Shown piece by piece: positions 9,904 to 19,800 of a stretch of 43,353 nt of DNA (its first letter is position 1; each line of letters starts with the position of its first letter). Source of the DNA: Elusimicrobiota bacterium (GTDB lineage Bacteria; Elusimicrobiota; Elusimicrobia; UBA1565). The position numbers and the translations under genes were made by a program. The stretch lies in NCBI GenBank assembly GCA_043819795.1, contig JBDREN010000169.1, forward strand, positions 1 to 43,353, read 5' to 3'. The notes below the pieces were generated by a model that saw only the letters and a list, made by a program, of their open reading frames with translations, searched no databases and had not been told where the DNA came from.

Positions 9904-10392
9904 ATGCTCTGCTCCAGGTGCCAGAAGAACGAAGCCACGGTCTTCTATAAGCAGCTCGTCAACAACAAGGTGACGGAGTACCAGTTCTGCGCGAGCTGCG
10001 CCAAGAAGGTCAAGGGCCACGCCGCGGTCCCCAGCTCCCCCATCTTCGAGCTCCTCTCGACGCTCGGCAGCCAGCTCCGGCCGTCCGAGCAGCGCCGCCC
10101 GCGCGAGTGCCCGCGCTGCGGCCTCAAGTACCCTGAGTTCCGCGAGAGCGGCCTGCTCGGCTGCCCGGCCTGCTACGAGAGCTTCGCCGAGCCGCTCGGG
10201 GACGTCGTCAAGCACATCCACGGCGCCCTGCGGCACTCGGGGAAGAGCCCGCCCAGGGCCGGGGCCGCGTTCGACGACAAGAGGAAGGCGGAGGAGACCG
10301 CCTCTTTGCGCAAGTCGCTGGCGGCCGCCGTGAGCAAGGAGGACTTCGAGGAGGCGGCCCGGCTGCGGGACCGCATCCGAAGGCTCAAGTGA
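9904..10392 (+). CDS. mcsA: Protein-arginine kinase activator McsA (CxxC motifs + UVR domain)
   Basis: Four CxxC motifs, IHG...HSGK, EDFEEAARLRDRI; adjacent to mcsB. Confidence 0.92.
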   Translation: MLCSRCQKNEATVFYKQLVNNKVTEYQFCASCAKKVKGHAAVPSSPIFELLSTLGSQLRPSEQRRPRECPRCGLKYPEFRESGLLGCPACYESFAEPLGDVVKHIHGALRHSGKSPPRAGAAFDDKRKAEETASLRKSLAAAVSKEDFEEAARLRDRIRRLK

Positions 10393-11441
10393 TGCGGCTC
10401 GGCAACATGCTCCACCACAAGATGGGCTGGGCGCTGCCCGCCGGCCCGAACCACGAGGTCGTGCTCTCCTCCCGCGTGCGCCTGGCGCGCAACCTCGCCG
10501 ACCGCCCCTTCCCCGGCCGGGCCGGCGCGGAGGACTCCGCCGCGGTCCTCGCGACCGTCGCCGATGTCGTGCGAAAAAGCAAGTCCTTGGGGAACGCCGC
10601 GCAGATCACGCTCGAGGAATTGGCGCCGTTGGACCGTTCCTTTCTGGTCGAACGCCACCTCATCAGCAACCTGCTGGCCTCCGAGCCGAAGGGCCGGGCC
10701 GTGATCGTGGGGGACCGCGACATCCTGAGCCTCATGATCAACGAGGAGGATCATCTGCGCCTGCAGGGGATCGACTCGGGCCTCTGCCTCAAGGAGCTCC
10801 TCGGCAAGACCGGCGCACTCGATTCGGAGCTCTCCGAATCCCTCGACATCGCCTACCACCTCGAGTGGGGCTATCTGGCGGCGTGTCCGACGAACCTCGG
10901 CACCGGGCTGAGGGCCTCGACCCTCGTGCACCTGCCGGGGCTCACGCTTACCGGGCAGATCAATCGCGTCCTCGACGGGCTTTCGCGCCTCGGCGTCATC
11001 GCGCGGGGGCTCTACGGGGAAGGCACGAAGGTGATGGGCGATTTCTACCAGATCTCGAACGCGACCTCCCTGGGCCCGGCCGAAGGGGCCATCGTCGAGG
11101 ACATGACGAACGTCGTCGGCATCCTCATCCAGAAGGAGAACGAGGCGCGCTCGGAGCTCTCGGACGGGACGAGGAAGCTGCGCCTCGAGGACCTCGTCTA
11201 CCGCTCGCTGGGGATCCTCGGCAACGCCCGCATGGTCACCTACGAGGAGACCATGCAGCACCTCTCCTACGTGCGGATGGGGCTCTCGCTGGGATGGAAG
11301 CTGCCGGCCTCCCTCGACACCGTCAACGAGCTCATCGTCCTGGCCCAGCCGGCCCACATCCAGATGCTCGCCGGCAAGGAACTCGACTCCATGGACCGGG
11401 ACTTCCTGCGCGCGACGCTCCTGCGCCGCAAGCTCGAGTAA
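10392..11441 (+). CDS. mcsB: Protein-arginine kinase McsB
   Basis: SSRVRLARN, LVERHLIS, NEEDHLRLQ, CPTNLGTGLRAS, RGLYGEG, FYQISN, QPAHIQ. Confidence 0.95.
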   Translation: MRLGNMLHHKMGWALPAGPNHEVVLSSRVRLARNLADRPFPGRAGAEDSAAVLATVADVVRKSKSLGNAAQITLEELAPLDRSFLVERHLISNLLASEPKGRAVIVGDRDILSLMINEEDHLRLQGIDSGLCLKELLGKTGALDSELSESLDIAYHLEWGYLAACPTNLGTGLRASTLVHLPGLTLTGQINRVLDGLSRLGVIARGLYGEGTKVMGDFYQISNATSLGPAEGAIVEDMTNVVGILIQKENEARSELSDGTRKLRLEDLVYRSLGILGNARMVTYEETMQHLSYVRMGLSLGWKLPASLDTVNELIVLAQPAHIQMLAGKELDSMDRDFLRATLLRRKLE

Positions 11442-11473
11442 TCAGCGCAGCAGGCTTGCCCTGCGGCGCTGAT

Positions 11474-13594
11474 CTACCTCCGCCATTCCAACCTGCTGAC
11501 CACGTTGATCCCCGCCGCGTCCACCCCGGAGCCGTGCTCGCGATAGCCGCGGTCGAGCGCGTTCTCGACGGAGACGACCAGGCGCATGCCGCGCGTCAAG
11601 CGCAGGCCTCCGCGGAGGTTCAGCGTCCACCAGCCCGGCGTCCCGGCGGGATCGACGCGCGGGTCGTCGCGGTCGGACGTCGAAAGGCGATCCTGGGGCG
11701 CGGCGCCGCGCAGGAACACCTCCATCCAAGGGAAGCTCGGCAAAAAAGGGGTCCAACGGAATCCGAGCGTCCCGGCCGGCGGCGGGACCCGGGTGAGCGG
11801 CTCGTCGGCCGCGCAGTTTCGGCCGAAGGTCCAGGAGGCCGCGGCGTACAGCCGCCGGTCGGCGGCCAGGCTCATGCCCCCCTCCCACTCCGCCCCGGCG
11901 ACGAAGCCTTGGCCGAAGTTCGCCCGCTGGTAAACGGGGCTCTCGCCGGGGTCCCGTATCCCGTCGCCGTCTTCGTCAATGAAACTCAGACCGTTGAACG
12001 CGCCGGGCACGCGCTCGATGAGGTCCGTCAGCCTCGTGTAATGGACGGTGAGCGAGTGAGAGAACGAGCCGGCCTTCTGCCAGGCCCCGAGCTCCAGGCC
12101 CGTGCTCTTCTCCGATCGGAGCCCGAAGCTGGGGACGTCGGTCCCTGAGGCGGCGGTCTTGAGGACCACCGTGTCGTTGAGGTTCGGCGGACGGAAGCCC
12201 TGCCAGAGCCCGGCATGCAGCCGCAGCATGGGGCGCGCCTGCCAGCGCGCGCCCGCGCCCCCGGTCCAGCTCGAGAACGTGTCGTCGAAGGGCCGTCCCG
12301 CGGCCGGGCCGGAACGGAGGCTGGAGTCCACCGAGACCCGGCTGAAGCGTCCTCCGGTTTCCAGGGTCCACTCCTGCGCCGGGCGCCAGCGCAGGAGGGT
12401 GAAGCCCGCGAGCGAGCCGTAGGTCGAGCCGTCGGGATAGCTGCTCCCTGAAGGATCGTCGGTCCGGATTCCCGTGGCCAGACTCACGTCCTCGCGCCCG
12501 CTGCCGACGCGGTCCTGGTACCCCTCCAGCCCCGTGAGCAGCGTCCATGCGCCGCCCACAGGCCGCTCCCAGTCCAGCCGGCCGCCGATCGTCCGTACGG
12601 TGTCCTTATATATCGACCGAGTGGACGAGCCGGTCTTGCGGCTGCGCCTGGTTTCGTGCTGCCTTTGCCAATAGACCCGGGAACGGAGCGCGGGGCCGCC
12701 CCCCTTCCCGGTCTCCGCCCCGAGCACGACCAAGTCCCTGCTCACGGGATCGAAGAGATACTCGTCATACTCTCCCGTCGATCCGAAGAGACGAGCCGTA
12801 GGGTACTTGTCGTAGCGGGCCAGGTCCTCCTGCCGGCCGTGCTGGTAGGTGAGCGTCCACAGCGCCCGCTCCGTCCGCCAGTCCAGGGCCAGGTCACCCC
12901 CCGACGAGGAATACCCGGTGGGAACGGCGCGTCCGCGTCCGCCGCCGGTCCTCAGGTGCTCGGACCTCCCCCCCCTCAAGCCCGCGATCCAGCCCAGCCG
13001 TCGCCAGTTCCCGGACACCTCCATCCGGGCGGCGCGCCCGCGCGTCGCGGAGCGGTAGTCCGCGAAAAAGGCGGGCTCCACGCTCAGCGGCCGGGAGTAG
13101 TCGGTCCGGCGCTTGGGCGAAAGATAGACGACGCCGCCGAGCGCGTCGCCGCCGTAGAGGACCGAGCCCGGCCCGCGAAGCACGTCGACGCGCTCGAACG
13201 AATCCGGGTCAAGGGTGCCCAGGGACTGGACGTTCCGGGTCGCGGCATGGTTCAGGCGCGCCCCGTCGATCAGGACCAGATTGTCCTTGCCGATGAAGCC
13301 GCGGACCGAGACGGCGGGCTGCCCCGGCATCGTCTTCTGCACAAGCACGCCGGGCTCATCCCGCAGGGCATCGGGCACCGAATCGGGAGTCGACTCCTGG
13401 ATCCGGGTACGCTGGACCCGCGCCACCGGCCGCGTGGACTCTTCATGGGGAGCCGGCGCCGGGCGGACGGGCGCGGTAATCTCCATGCGCACGCCGCGGT
13501 CGCGGTCAGGAGGCTCCTGCCCGGAAGCCGGGCCGCGAAGCAGAAGGAGAACGCCGGCCGACAACGCCAGAGACGCCCGCGGAACGGACCCCAT
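11474..13594 (-). CDS. TonB-dependent outer-membrane receptor
   Basis: Plug motifs DALRDEPGV, SVRGF, LVLIDG, RVDVLRGPGSVLYGGDALGGVV; barrel motifs GFRPPNL, ENALDRGYREH. Start could be 13594 or 13606. Confidence 0.9.
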   Translation of the reverse strand: MGSVPRASLALSAGVLLLLRGPASGQEPPDRDRGVRMEITAPVRPAPAPHEESTRPVARVQRTRIQESTPDSVPDALRDEPGVLVQKTMPGQPAVSVRGFIGKDNLVLIDGARLNHAATRNVQSLGTLDPDSFERVDVLRGPGSVLYGGDALGGVVYLSPKRRTDYSRPLSVEPAFFADYRSATRGRAARMEVSGNWRRLGWIAGLRGGRSEHLRTGGGRGRAVPTGYSSSGGDLALDWRTERALWTLTYQHGRQEDLARYDKYPTARLFGSTGEYDEYLFDPVSRDLVVLGAETGKGGGPALRSRVYWQRQHETRRSRKTGSSTRSIYKDTVRTIGGRLDWERPVGGAWTLLTGLEGYQDRVGSGREDVSLATGIRTDDPSGSSYPDGSTYGSLAGFTLLRWRPAQEWTLETGGRFSRVSVDSSLRSGPAAGRPFDDTFSSWTGGAGARWQARPMLRLHAGLWQGFRPPNLNDTVVLKTAASGTDVPSFGLRSEKSTGLELGAWQKAGSFSHSLTVHYTRLTDLIERVPGAFNGLSFIDEDGDGIRDPGESPVYQRANFGQGFVAGAEWEGGMSLAADRRLYAAASWTFGRNCAADEPLTRVPPPAGTLGFRWTPFLPSFPWMEVFLRGAAPQDRLSTSDRDDPRVDPAGTPGWWTLNLRGGLRLTRGMRLVVSVENALDRGYREHGSGVDAAGINVVSRLEWRR

Positions 13595-13832
13595 ACCCCC
13601 AATCATAGCTTTGTTCTCGCCCCCAGCCAATGCCGATCGGGCCGCGACAGGTCTCGGGATTCCCATGAGGACGGATTCGCCAGGGCATCCGGCTCCTGAA
13701 TCGGCGGCAAGACTTCACCGCTTCCTTAATAGCACCGGACCGGAACCGGCGCGGAGAAATGGTCCGGCCGCCTGATGTTTGATAGAATAGGGGCCTAAAA
13801 ATCCATTCAGCGGGACCGAGCAGGAGATACCC

Positions 13833-15755
13833 ATGCATCTGATCGACGTCCTCATCATCGGGGCCTTCATCGCCTACGCAGTGTACTCCGGCTTCCGGGC
13901 CAAGGACGCGGCGTCCCAGAACCTCGAGGAGTACTTCCTCGCGGGGCGCAGCCTGTCGGGCTGGAAGGCCGGGATCAGCATGGCGGCCACCCAGTTCGCC
14001 GCCGACACGCCCCTTCTGGTCACGGGGCTGATCGCCACCGCGGGCATCTTCTCGCTCTGGCGGCTCTGGATATACGCTCTGGCGTTCTTGCTGATGGGCT
14101 TCGTGCTCGCCGCGAGCTGGCGCAGGGCGGGCGTGCTCACCGACGCGGAGCTCACCGAGTTCCGCTACGGGAAGGCCCCCGCGGCCGTGCTGCGCGGCTT
14201 CAAGGCCATCTACCTGGGCACGATCTTCAACTGCACGGTGCTGGCGATGGTGCTCCTGGCCGCGACGCGCATCGCGGAGCCCTTCCTGCTCTGGAACGAA
14301 TGGCTGCCCGCGGCGGTCTTCGACCCGATGGTCTCCTTGGTACGTTCGCTCGGGGTGCCGCTCACGGTCTTCGCGGGCGAGAGCGCGGAGGTCTGGGTGC
14401 GCTCCGCGAACAACCTGATCTCCATCGGAGCCATCGTGCTCGTCACGACTTTCTACTCCACGACCGGCGGACTGCGCAGCGTGGTCAACACCGACGTGGT
14501 CCAGTTCGGCCTGGCCATGGTGGCCACGGCCTGCTACGCCGGCATCGTAGTGTACGCGGCCGGGGGCTTCGGCTCGCTCCAGGCCAGGATCGCGGAGATG
14601 TTCGCCAACGGCGGGCCGGAGGGCATCACCCCCACGCAGATTTTGGCCTTCACCCCCTCGCAGGCCAAGGACGCGACCTGGGCGGTGCTCGCCGTCATCT
14701 CCATCCAGTGGCTCGCCCAGATGAACGCCGACGGCACCGGCTACCTGGCCCAGCGCTCCATGGCCTGCCGCACCGACGAGGACGCCCGGAAGGCCGCGGT
14801 CATCTTCACGGTCGCGCAGATATTCTTCCGCAGCCTGCTCTGGCTGCCGATCGGGCTCGGCCTCATGGTCCTTTTCCCTCCGGACCTGTCTCTGCCCTTC
14901 GAGCTCATGAAGGCCGAACGGGAGTCCACGTTCGTGCGGGGCATCGCGGAGTTCCTGCCCGTGGGCGTCAAAGGCCTGATGGTGACGGGCATGCTGGCCG
15001 CCCTGGCCTCCACGGTGGACACCCACCTCAACTGGGGCTCCTCCTACTGGACCAACGACATCTACAAGCGCTTCGTCTGCCAGGCCTGGCTCAAGAAGGA
15101 GCCCAGCGGCAGGAACCTGGTCTGGGTGGCGCGCGGCGCCAACATCCTGATCCTCGTCATCGGGCTCGTCATCATGACCCAGCTCTCGTCGATCCAGACG
15201 GCCTGGACCGCGAGCCTGCTCTTGGGAGCGGGCCTCGGGGTGCTCTTGGTCCTGCGCTGGCTCTGGTGGCGGATCAACGCCTGGGGCGAGATCGCGTGCA
15301 TCCTGGCCTCCATGATCCTCGCGCCCATCCTCCTCATGAGCACGGAGTCCGAGTCCATCCGCCTGATCCTCATGGCCGTGGGAGCCACCGCGAGCGGCAT
15401 CCTCGTCTCTCTTTGGACCGGGCCCGAGGACATGGAACGGCTCAAGAAGTTCTACGCGCAGGTAAAGCCCTTCGGTTTCTGGAAGCCGGTGGCCGAGGCG
15501 TTGGGCGAGGACGGCGACCTGCCGAAAAAGAAGCTCGGGCGCAGCCTGGGAGCCGTGGCCCTGGCCGCATTCTCGATCTTCTGCCTGCTGACCGGCATCG
15601 GGAGCTGGTTCTGCGGGAGCCCGCCGCCTGTTTGGTTCCCGTGGCGCGGCCTTTGGATCGCGCTGCTCCTGGTCGCGGGCTCGGCCCTCGTGCCGACCTG
15701 GTGGCGGATGGGCTTCCACCTGGAGGGGCCTTCCGCCGGAGCCCGAAAAGCCTGA
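13833..15755 (+). CDS. Sodium:solute symporter (SSS) family transporter
   Basis: AGGAG RBS; EYFLAGRSL, GGLRSVVNTD, YLAQR, LAALASTVD; many TM helices. Confidence 0.92.
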   Translation: MHLIDVLIIGAFIAYAVYSGFRAKDAASQNLEEYFLAGRSLSGWKAGISMAATQFAADTPLLVTGLIATAGIFSLWRLWIYALAFLLMGFVLAASWRRAGVLTDAELTEFRYGKAPAAVLRGFKAIYLGTIFNCTVLAMVLLAATRIAEPFLLWNEWLPAAVFDPMVSLVRSLGVPLTVFAGESAEVWVRSANNLISIGAIVLVTTFYSTTGGLRSVVNTDVVQFGLAMVATACYAGIVVYAAGGFGSLQARIAEMFANGGPEGITPTQILAFTPSQAKDATWAVLAVISIQWLAQMNADGTGYLAQRSMACRTDEDARKAAVIFTVAQIFFRSLLWLPIGLGLMVLFPPDLSLPFELMKAERESTFVRGIAEFLPVGVKGLMVTGMLAALASTVDTHLNWGSSYWTNDIYKRFVCQAWLKKEPSGRNLVWVARGANILILVIGLVIMTQLSSIQTAWTASLLLGAGLGVLLVLRWLWWRINAWGEIACILASMILAPILLMSTESESIRLILMAVGATASGILVSLWTGPEDMERLKKFYAQVKPFGFWKPVAEALGEDGDLPKKKLGRSLGAVALAAFSIFCLLTGIGSWFCGSPPPVWFPWRGLWIALLLVAGSALVPTWWRMGFHLEGPSAGARKA

Positions 15756-15776
15756 CGGCGACGAATACGCGCGAGA

Positions 15777-18700
15777 ATGACACCTGAGGAGAACAGCGAG
15801 ATGCTTCCTTTCGATACCGTGATATTCGACCTCGGGGGCGTCATCACCCGGACGTCCCGCTACCACGCCGCCGCGTGGAAGGAGCTCTTCGACGCCTTTC
15901 TGAAGAAGCGCGCCGAGACCGGGGCCGAGCCGTTTAGGCCCTTCGACTTGGAGGAGGACTACAGGCGCTACATGGACGGGAAGCCCCGCCTAGAGGGCAT
16001 CGCGGCCTTCCTCGACTCCCGCCACATCGAGATCGCCCACGGCGAGCCCTCCGACGCGCCGGACGCGGAGACGGTCTGGGGATTGGGCAACGCGAAGAAC
16101 GCGATCTTCCAGCGCATCATGCGGGAGCAGGGCGTCGACGTCTACCCCGCCACCCTGAAGCTGGTCAAGGCCCTCCGGTCCCGCAAGGTGAAGGTCGGCG
16201 TGGTGTCCTCGAGCAAGACCGGCCGGCAGATCGTCGAGAAGGCCGGCATCCAGGACCTCTTCGACGCGGTGGTCGACGGGGAGACCCTGGCCAAGCGGGG
16301 CCTGAAGGGGAAGCCCGAGCCCGACGTCTTCCTCGAGTGCCTGGAGCTCATGGGCGGCTCAAAGGAGCGCGCGGTCGTCATCGACGACGACGCCTCCGGC
16401 GTCGAGGCCGGAAGGACGGCCGGGTTCAGCCTCGTCATCGGAGTCGACCGGGACGGCACCCGCGCCAACCTCCTCGAAGCGGGCGCCGACTTCGTGGTGG
16501 ACGACCTGGAGGAGATCTCCGTCGAGCATATGGAGAGCTGGTGCCGGCGGCGCGAGCAGGCCCGGCCGTCGGCTCTGGGACACTGGAAGGACCTGGAGTC
16601 CTCGTGGTCGGGCAAGCGGCTGGCGGTCTTCCTGGACTACGACGGCACCTTGACCCCGATCGTCGCCACGCCGGACCTGGCCGTCCTCTCCGAGGAGACC
16701 AAGAAGGTCCTCAAAGACCTGGCGGAGGTCTGCCCGACCCTCATCGTCAGCGGCAGGGGACGCGAGGACGTCGCGGGCCTGGTCGGCCTCGAGGAGCTCT
16801 ACTACGCGGGCAGCCACGGCTTCGACATCGCCGGGCCCCAGAGCTCGAAGATCGTCCATGAGGTGGACAAAGACCTCAAAGCCGTCATAGAAGAGGTCGC
16901 CGCCAGCATCGAGGAGCAGGTCCGGGGGATCGAAGGGGCGCTCGTGGAGAACAAGCGCTTCTCGCTCGCCGTCCATTACCGGCAGGTGGCGGAGGCCGAC
17001 GTGCCGCGCTTGGAGAAGATGGTCGACGAAGCGGTGGCCAAGCATCCCAAACTACGCAAGGCCGGGGGCAAGAAGGTCTTCGAGCTGCGCCCGAAGATGG
17101 ACTGGGACAAGGGCAAGGCCCTCTTATGGCTGATGAAGGCGCTCGAGCTCGAGGACGCGCTGCCCGTCTACATCGGCGACGACGTCACCGATGAGGACGC
17201 CTTCAAGGCCATCGCCGGACACGGCGTCGGCATCCTCGTGTCCGAGGTCCCCAAGCCGACGGCCGCGGAGTACTCGCTGCGCAACCCCAAGGTGGCCCGC
17301 GACTTCCTCCAGCGTCTGGCGCGCTTCCTCAAACTGGACCCCTGGGTCCTCGTCTACGAGGGCTACGACCCCGAGAGGGAGGGGCACAGGGAGGCCCTCT
17401 GCACGCTGGGCAACGGCAATTTCGCCACCCGCGGCGCCGGGGAGGAGGCGAAGGCCGACGAACTCCGCTACCCCGGAACCTACCTGGCGGGCGGCTACAA
17501 CCGCCTGAACAGCGAGGTCTCGGGACAGACCATCGTCAACGAGGATCTGGTCAACTTCCCCAATTGGCTGCCCTTGAGCTTCCGTCCCGAGGACGGGGAA
17601 TGGCTGGACCTCTCCAAGGTCGAGGTCCTCGCCTACCGGCAGGAGCTGCACCTCAGGCAAGGCCTGCTCGTCCGGAAGTTCCGGATCAAGGACTCCCGCG
17701 GCCGGGAGACCACCGTGCTTTCGCGCCGCATGGTCCACATGAGAGACTCGCGCCTGGCGGCCATCGAGTACACCATCACCCCGGAGAACTGGTCCGGCAA
17801 GATCCGCGTCCGCTCCGTGCTCGACGGGGGCGTCGCGAACACGGGGGTCAAGCGCTACCGCCAGCTCAGCTCCCAGCACCTCGAGGTGCTGGACAACGGT
17901 CCCGTCGCCCCCGAGGGCGTCTTCCTGACGGCTCGGACCGTCCAGTCCAAGATCGAAGTGGCCCTGGCGGCCCGCACCCGGCTCTACAAGATGGGCAAGC
18001 GGCTCGGCGAAGTCCCGAACCTCCTCAAGAACGCGGCCTCCGTCGGGCAGGAGTTCTCGACCAAGGTCGCGGAAGGCAAGCCCCTGAGAGTGGAGAAGAT
18101 CGTCGCGCTATGCTCTTCCCGGGACCGCGGCATCACGGACACCGCCCTGGGCGCCCGGCACGCGATGGCCATGTGCGGCCGGTTCGAGTACCTTCTGCGC
18201 AGCCACGCCCTGGCCTGGAAATCCCTATGGCGGCGTTGCGACGTGGAGCTGATCCCGGCCGACCCGCACGACGACGCCATGCAGCGCCTGCAGCTGATCC
18301 TGCGCGTGCACATCTTCCACATCCTGCAGACGGCCTCCCTCAACACCATCGGGCTCGACGTGAGCGTGCCCGCCCGCGGCCTGCACGGGGAGGCGTACCG
18401 GGGCCATATTTTCTGGGACGAGATGTTCGTCTTCCCGTTCTATAAGTTCCGCCTCCCTGAGGTGATGCGCTCGCTGCTCATGTACCGGTATCACCGCTTG
18501 AACATGGCCCGGGCCAACGCGGTCGAGGCGGGCTTCCAGGGAGCCATGTTCCCCTGGCAGAGCAGCAGCGACGGCAGGGAGGAGAGCCAGATCATCCACT
18601 TCAACCCGAAGTCCGGGACATGGGATCCCGATAACAGCCGCCTCCAGCGCCACATCAACGCCGCCATCGCCTACAACACATGGAAGTACTACGAGGCGAC

Positions 18701-19745
18701 CGGAGACCGGGAGTTCCTCGAGAGATACGGGGCCGAGATGCTCCTGGAGATCGCCCGGTTCTGGGCCAGCGTCACGGCCTTCGACCGCGAGAGCGGCCGC
18801 TACGAGATCAAAGGCGTGATGGGGCCCGACGAGTATCACGAGAAATATCCCGGCGCCGAGCACGGAGGCGTGGACAACAACTCCTACACCAACGTCATGG
18901 CCGTGTGGTGCCTGAGGCGGGCGCTGGACTCGCTAGAGGAGGTGCGAGCAGGATCCCGCCACGAGCTGACCGCATTGCTCGACCTCCAGAAGGAGGAGCT
19001 GGACCGCTGGCGAAAGATCACGCGCAAGATGAAGGTGGTCTTCCACAACGGCGGCATCATCAGCCAGTACGAGGGCTTCGAGAAGCTCAAGGAGTTCGAC
19101 TGGGACGGCTACCGGAAGAAATACGGCGACATCCACCGGCTCGACCGCATCCTGAAGGCGGAAGGCGACTCCCCCGACAACTACCAGGTGTCGAAACAGG
19201 CGGACGCGGCCATGCTCTTCTACCTGCTCGAGCCCCGCGAGCTCAAGGGGCTCTTCTCCGATCTGGGCTACGCCTTCGACGAGAAGAAGATCCCCGCCAA
19301 CATCGAGTACCATATGGGCCATAGCTGCCACGGCTCCACCCTCAGCCAGCTCGTCTACGCATCCGTCGTGGACCGCATCGACCGCGACAAGGGCTGGGAG
19401 TACTTCTGCGAGGCTCTGCGCAGCGACGTGGACGACGTGCAGGGCGGGACCACGCCCGAGGGCATCCACCTGGGCGCCATGGCCGGGACCGTGGAGATCC
19501 CCATGAGCCACTTTACCGGCATCGACCCGGTCGGCGACGCGCTCAGCTTCAAGCCGAACCTGCCCAAGCCCCTCAAGCGCCTGCGCATGAACATGAAGTT
19601 CCGGGGCGCCTGGCTCGCGGTGGACGTCGGCAAGGAGGTCCTCCGCATCACGGTGGCCAAGGACGGCGCCAATCCGGTGCCGGTCCTGGTCAAGGGGGAC
19701 TACCACTCTATCCCCCCCGGCTTCTCCCGGGAGTTCCATCTCTAG
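15777..19745 (+). CDS. Tri-domain protein: beta-phosphoglucomutase-type HAD + trehalose-6-phosphate phosphatase + GH65 glycoside phosphorylase (OtsB1/Rv2006-like architecture)
   Basis: Domain 1: FDLGGVIT, GKPEPDVF, IGVDR. Domain 2: FLDYDGTL, SGR, YAGSHG, WDKGKA, YIGDDVTDEDAF. Domain 3: LGNGNFATRG, ARGLHGEAYRGHIFWDE, GPDEYHE, KQAD, HGSTLS, EGIHLGAM. Confidence 0.9.
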   Translation: MTPEENSEMLPFDTVIFDLGGVITRTSRYHAAAWKELFDAFLKKRAETGAEPFRPFDLEEDYRRYMDGKPRLEGIAAFLDSRHIEIAHGEPSDAPDAETVWGLGNAKNAIFQRIMREQGVDVYPATLKLVKALRSRKVKVGVVSSSKTGRQIVEKAGIQDLFDAVVDGETLAKRGLKGKPEPDVFLECLELMGGSKERAVVIDDDASGVEAGRTAGFSLVIGVDRDGTRANLLEAGADFVVDDLEEISVEHMESWCRRREQARPSALGHWKDLESSWSGKRLAVFLDYDGTLTPIVATPDLAVLSEETKKVLKDLAEVCPTLIVSGRGREDVAGLVGLEELYYAGSHGFDIAGPQSSKIVHEVDKDLKAVIEEVAASIEEQVRGIEGALVENKRFSLAVHYRQVAEADVPRLEKMVDEAVAKHPKLRKAGGKKVFELRPKMDWDKGKALLWLMKALELEDALPVYIGDDVTDEDAFKAIAGHGVGILVSEVPKPTAAEYSLRNPKVARDFLQRLARFLKLDPWVLVYEGYDPEREGHREALCTLGNGNFATRGAGEEAKADELRYPGTYLAGGYNRLNSEVSGQTIVNEDLVNFPNWLPLSFRPEDGEWLDLSKVEVLAYRQELHLRQGLLVRKFRIKDSRGRETTVLSRRMVHMRDSRLAAIEYTITPENWSGKIRVRSVLDGGVANTGVKRYRQLSSQHLEVLDNGPVAPEGVFLTARTVQSKIEVALAARTRLYKMGKRLGEVPNLLKNAASVGQEFSTKVAEGKPLRVEKIVALCSSRDRGITDTALGARHAMAMCGRFEYLLRSHALAWKSLWRRCDVELIPADPHDDAMQRLQLILRVHIFHILQTASLNTIGLDVSVPARGLHGEAYRGHIFWDEMFVFPFYKFRLPEVMRSLLMYRYHRLNMARANAVEAGFQGAMFPWQSSSDGREESQIIHFNPKSGTWDPDNSRLQRHINAAIAYNTWKYYEATGDREFLERYGAEMLLEIARFWASVTAFDRESGRYEIKGVMGPDEYHEKYPGAEHGGVDNNSYTNVMAVWCLRRALDSLEEVRAGSRHELTALLDLQKEELDRWRKITRKMKVVFHNGGIISQYEGFEKLKEFDWDGYRKKYGDIHRLDRILKAEGDSPDNYQVSKQADAAMLFYLLEPRELKGLFSDLGYAFDEKKIPANIEYHMGHSCHGSTLSQLVYASVVDRIDRDKGWEYFCEALRSDVDDVQGGTTPEGIHLGAMAGTVEIPMSHFTGIDPVGDALSFKPNLPKPLKRLRMNMKFRGAWLAVDVGKEVLRITVAKDGANPVPVLVKGDYHSIPPGFSREFHL

Positions 19746-19754
19746 GCAGCGGGG

Positions 19755-19785
19755 CGGGACGGCGGCGGCCAGCCCCGCCGTCCCG
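19755..19785 (+). terminator. GC-rich hairpin after the GH65 fusion gene
   Basis: CGGGACGGCGG / CCGCCGTCCCG perfect 11-bp inverted repeat; no U-tract. Confidence 0.4.
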
Positions 19786-19800
19786 AGGCGGGAGAGGCTT

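Noticed and set aside
13506..15866. Long antisense or alternate-frame ORFs (e.g. 13506-15866, 22491-24398, 41152-43155, 29620-30933)
   Set aside because: Shadow ORFs expected in high-GC DNA opposite well-supported genes.
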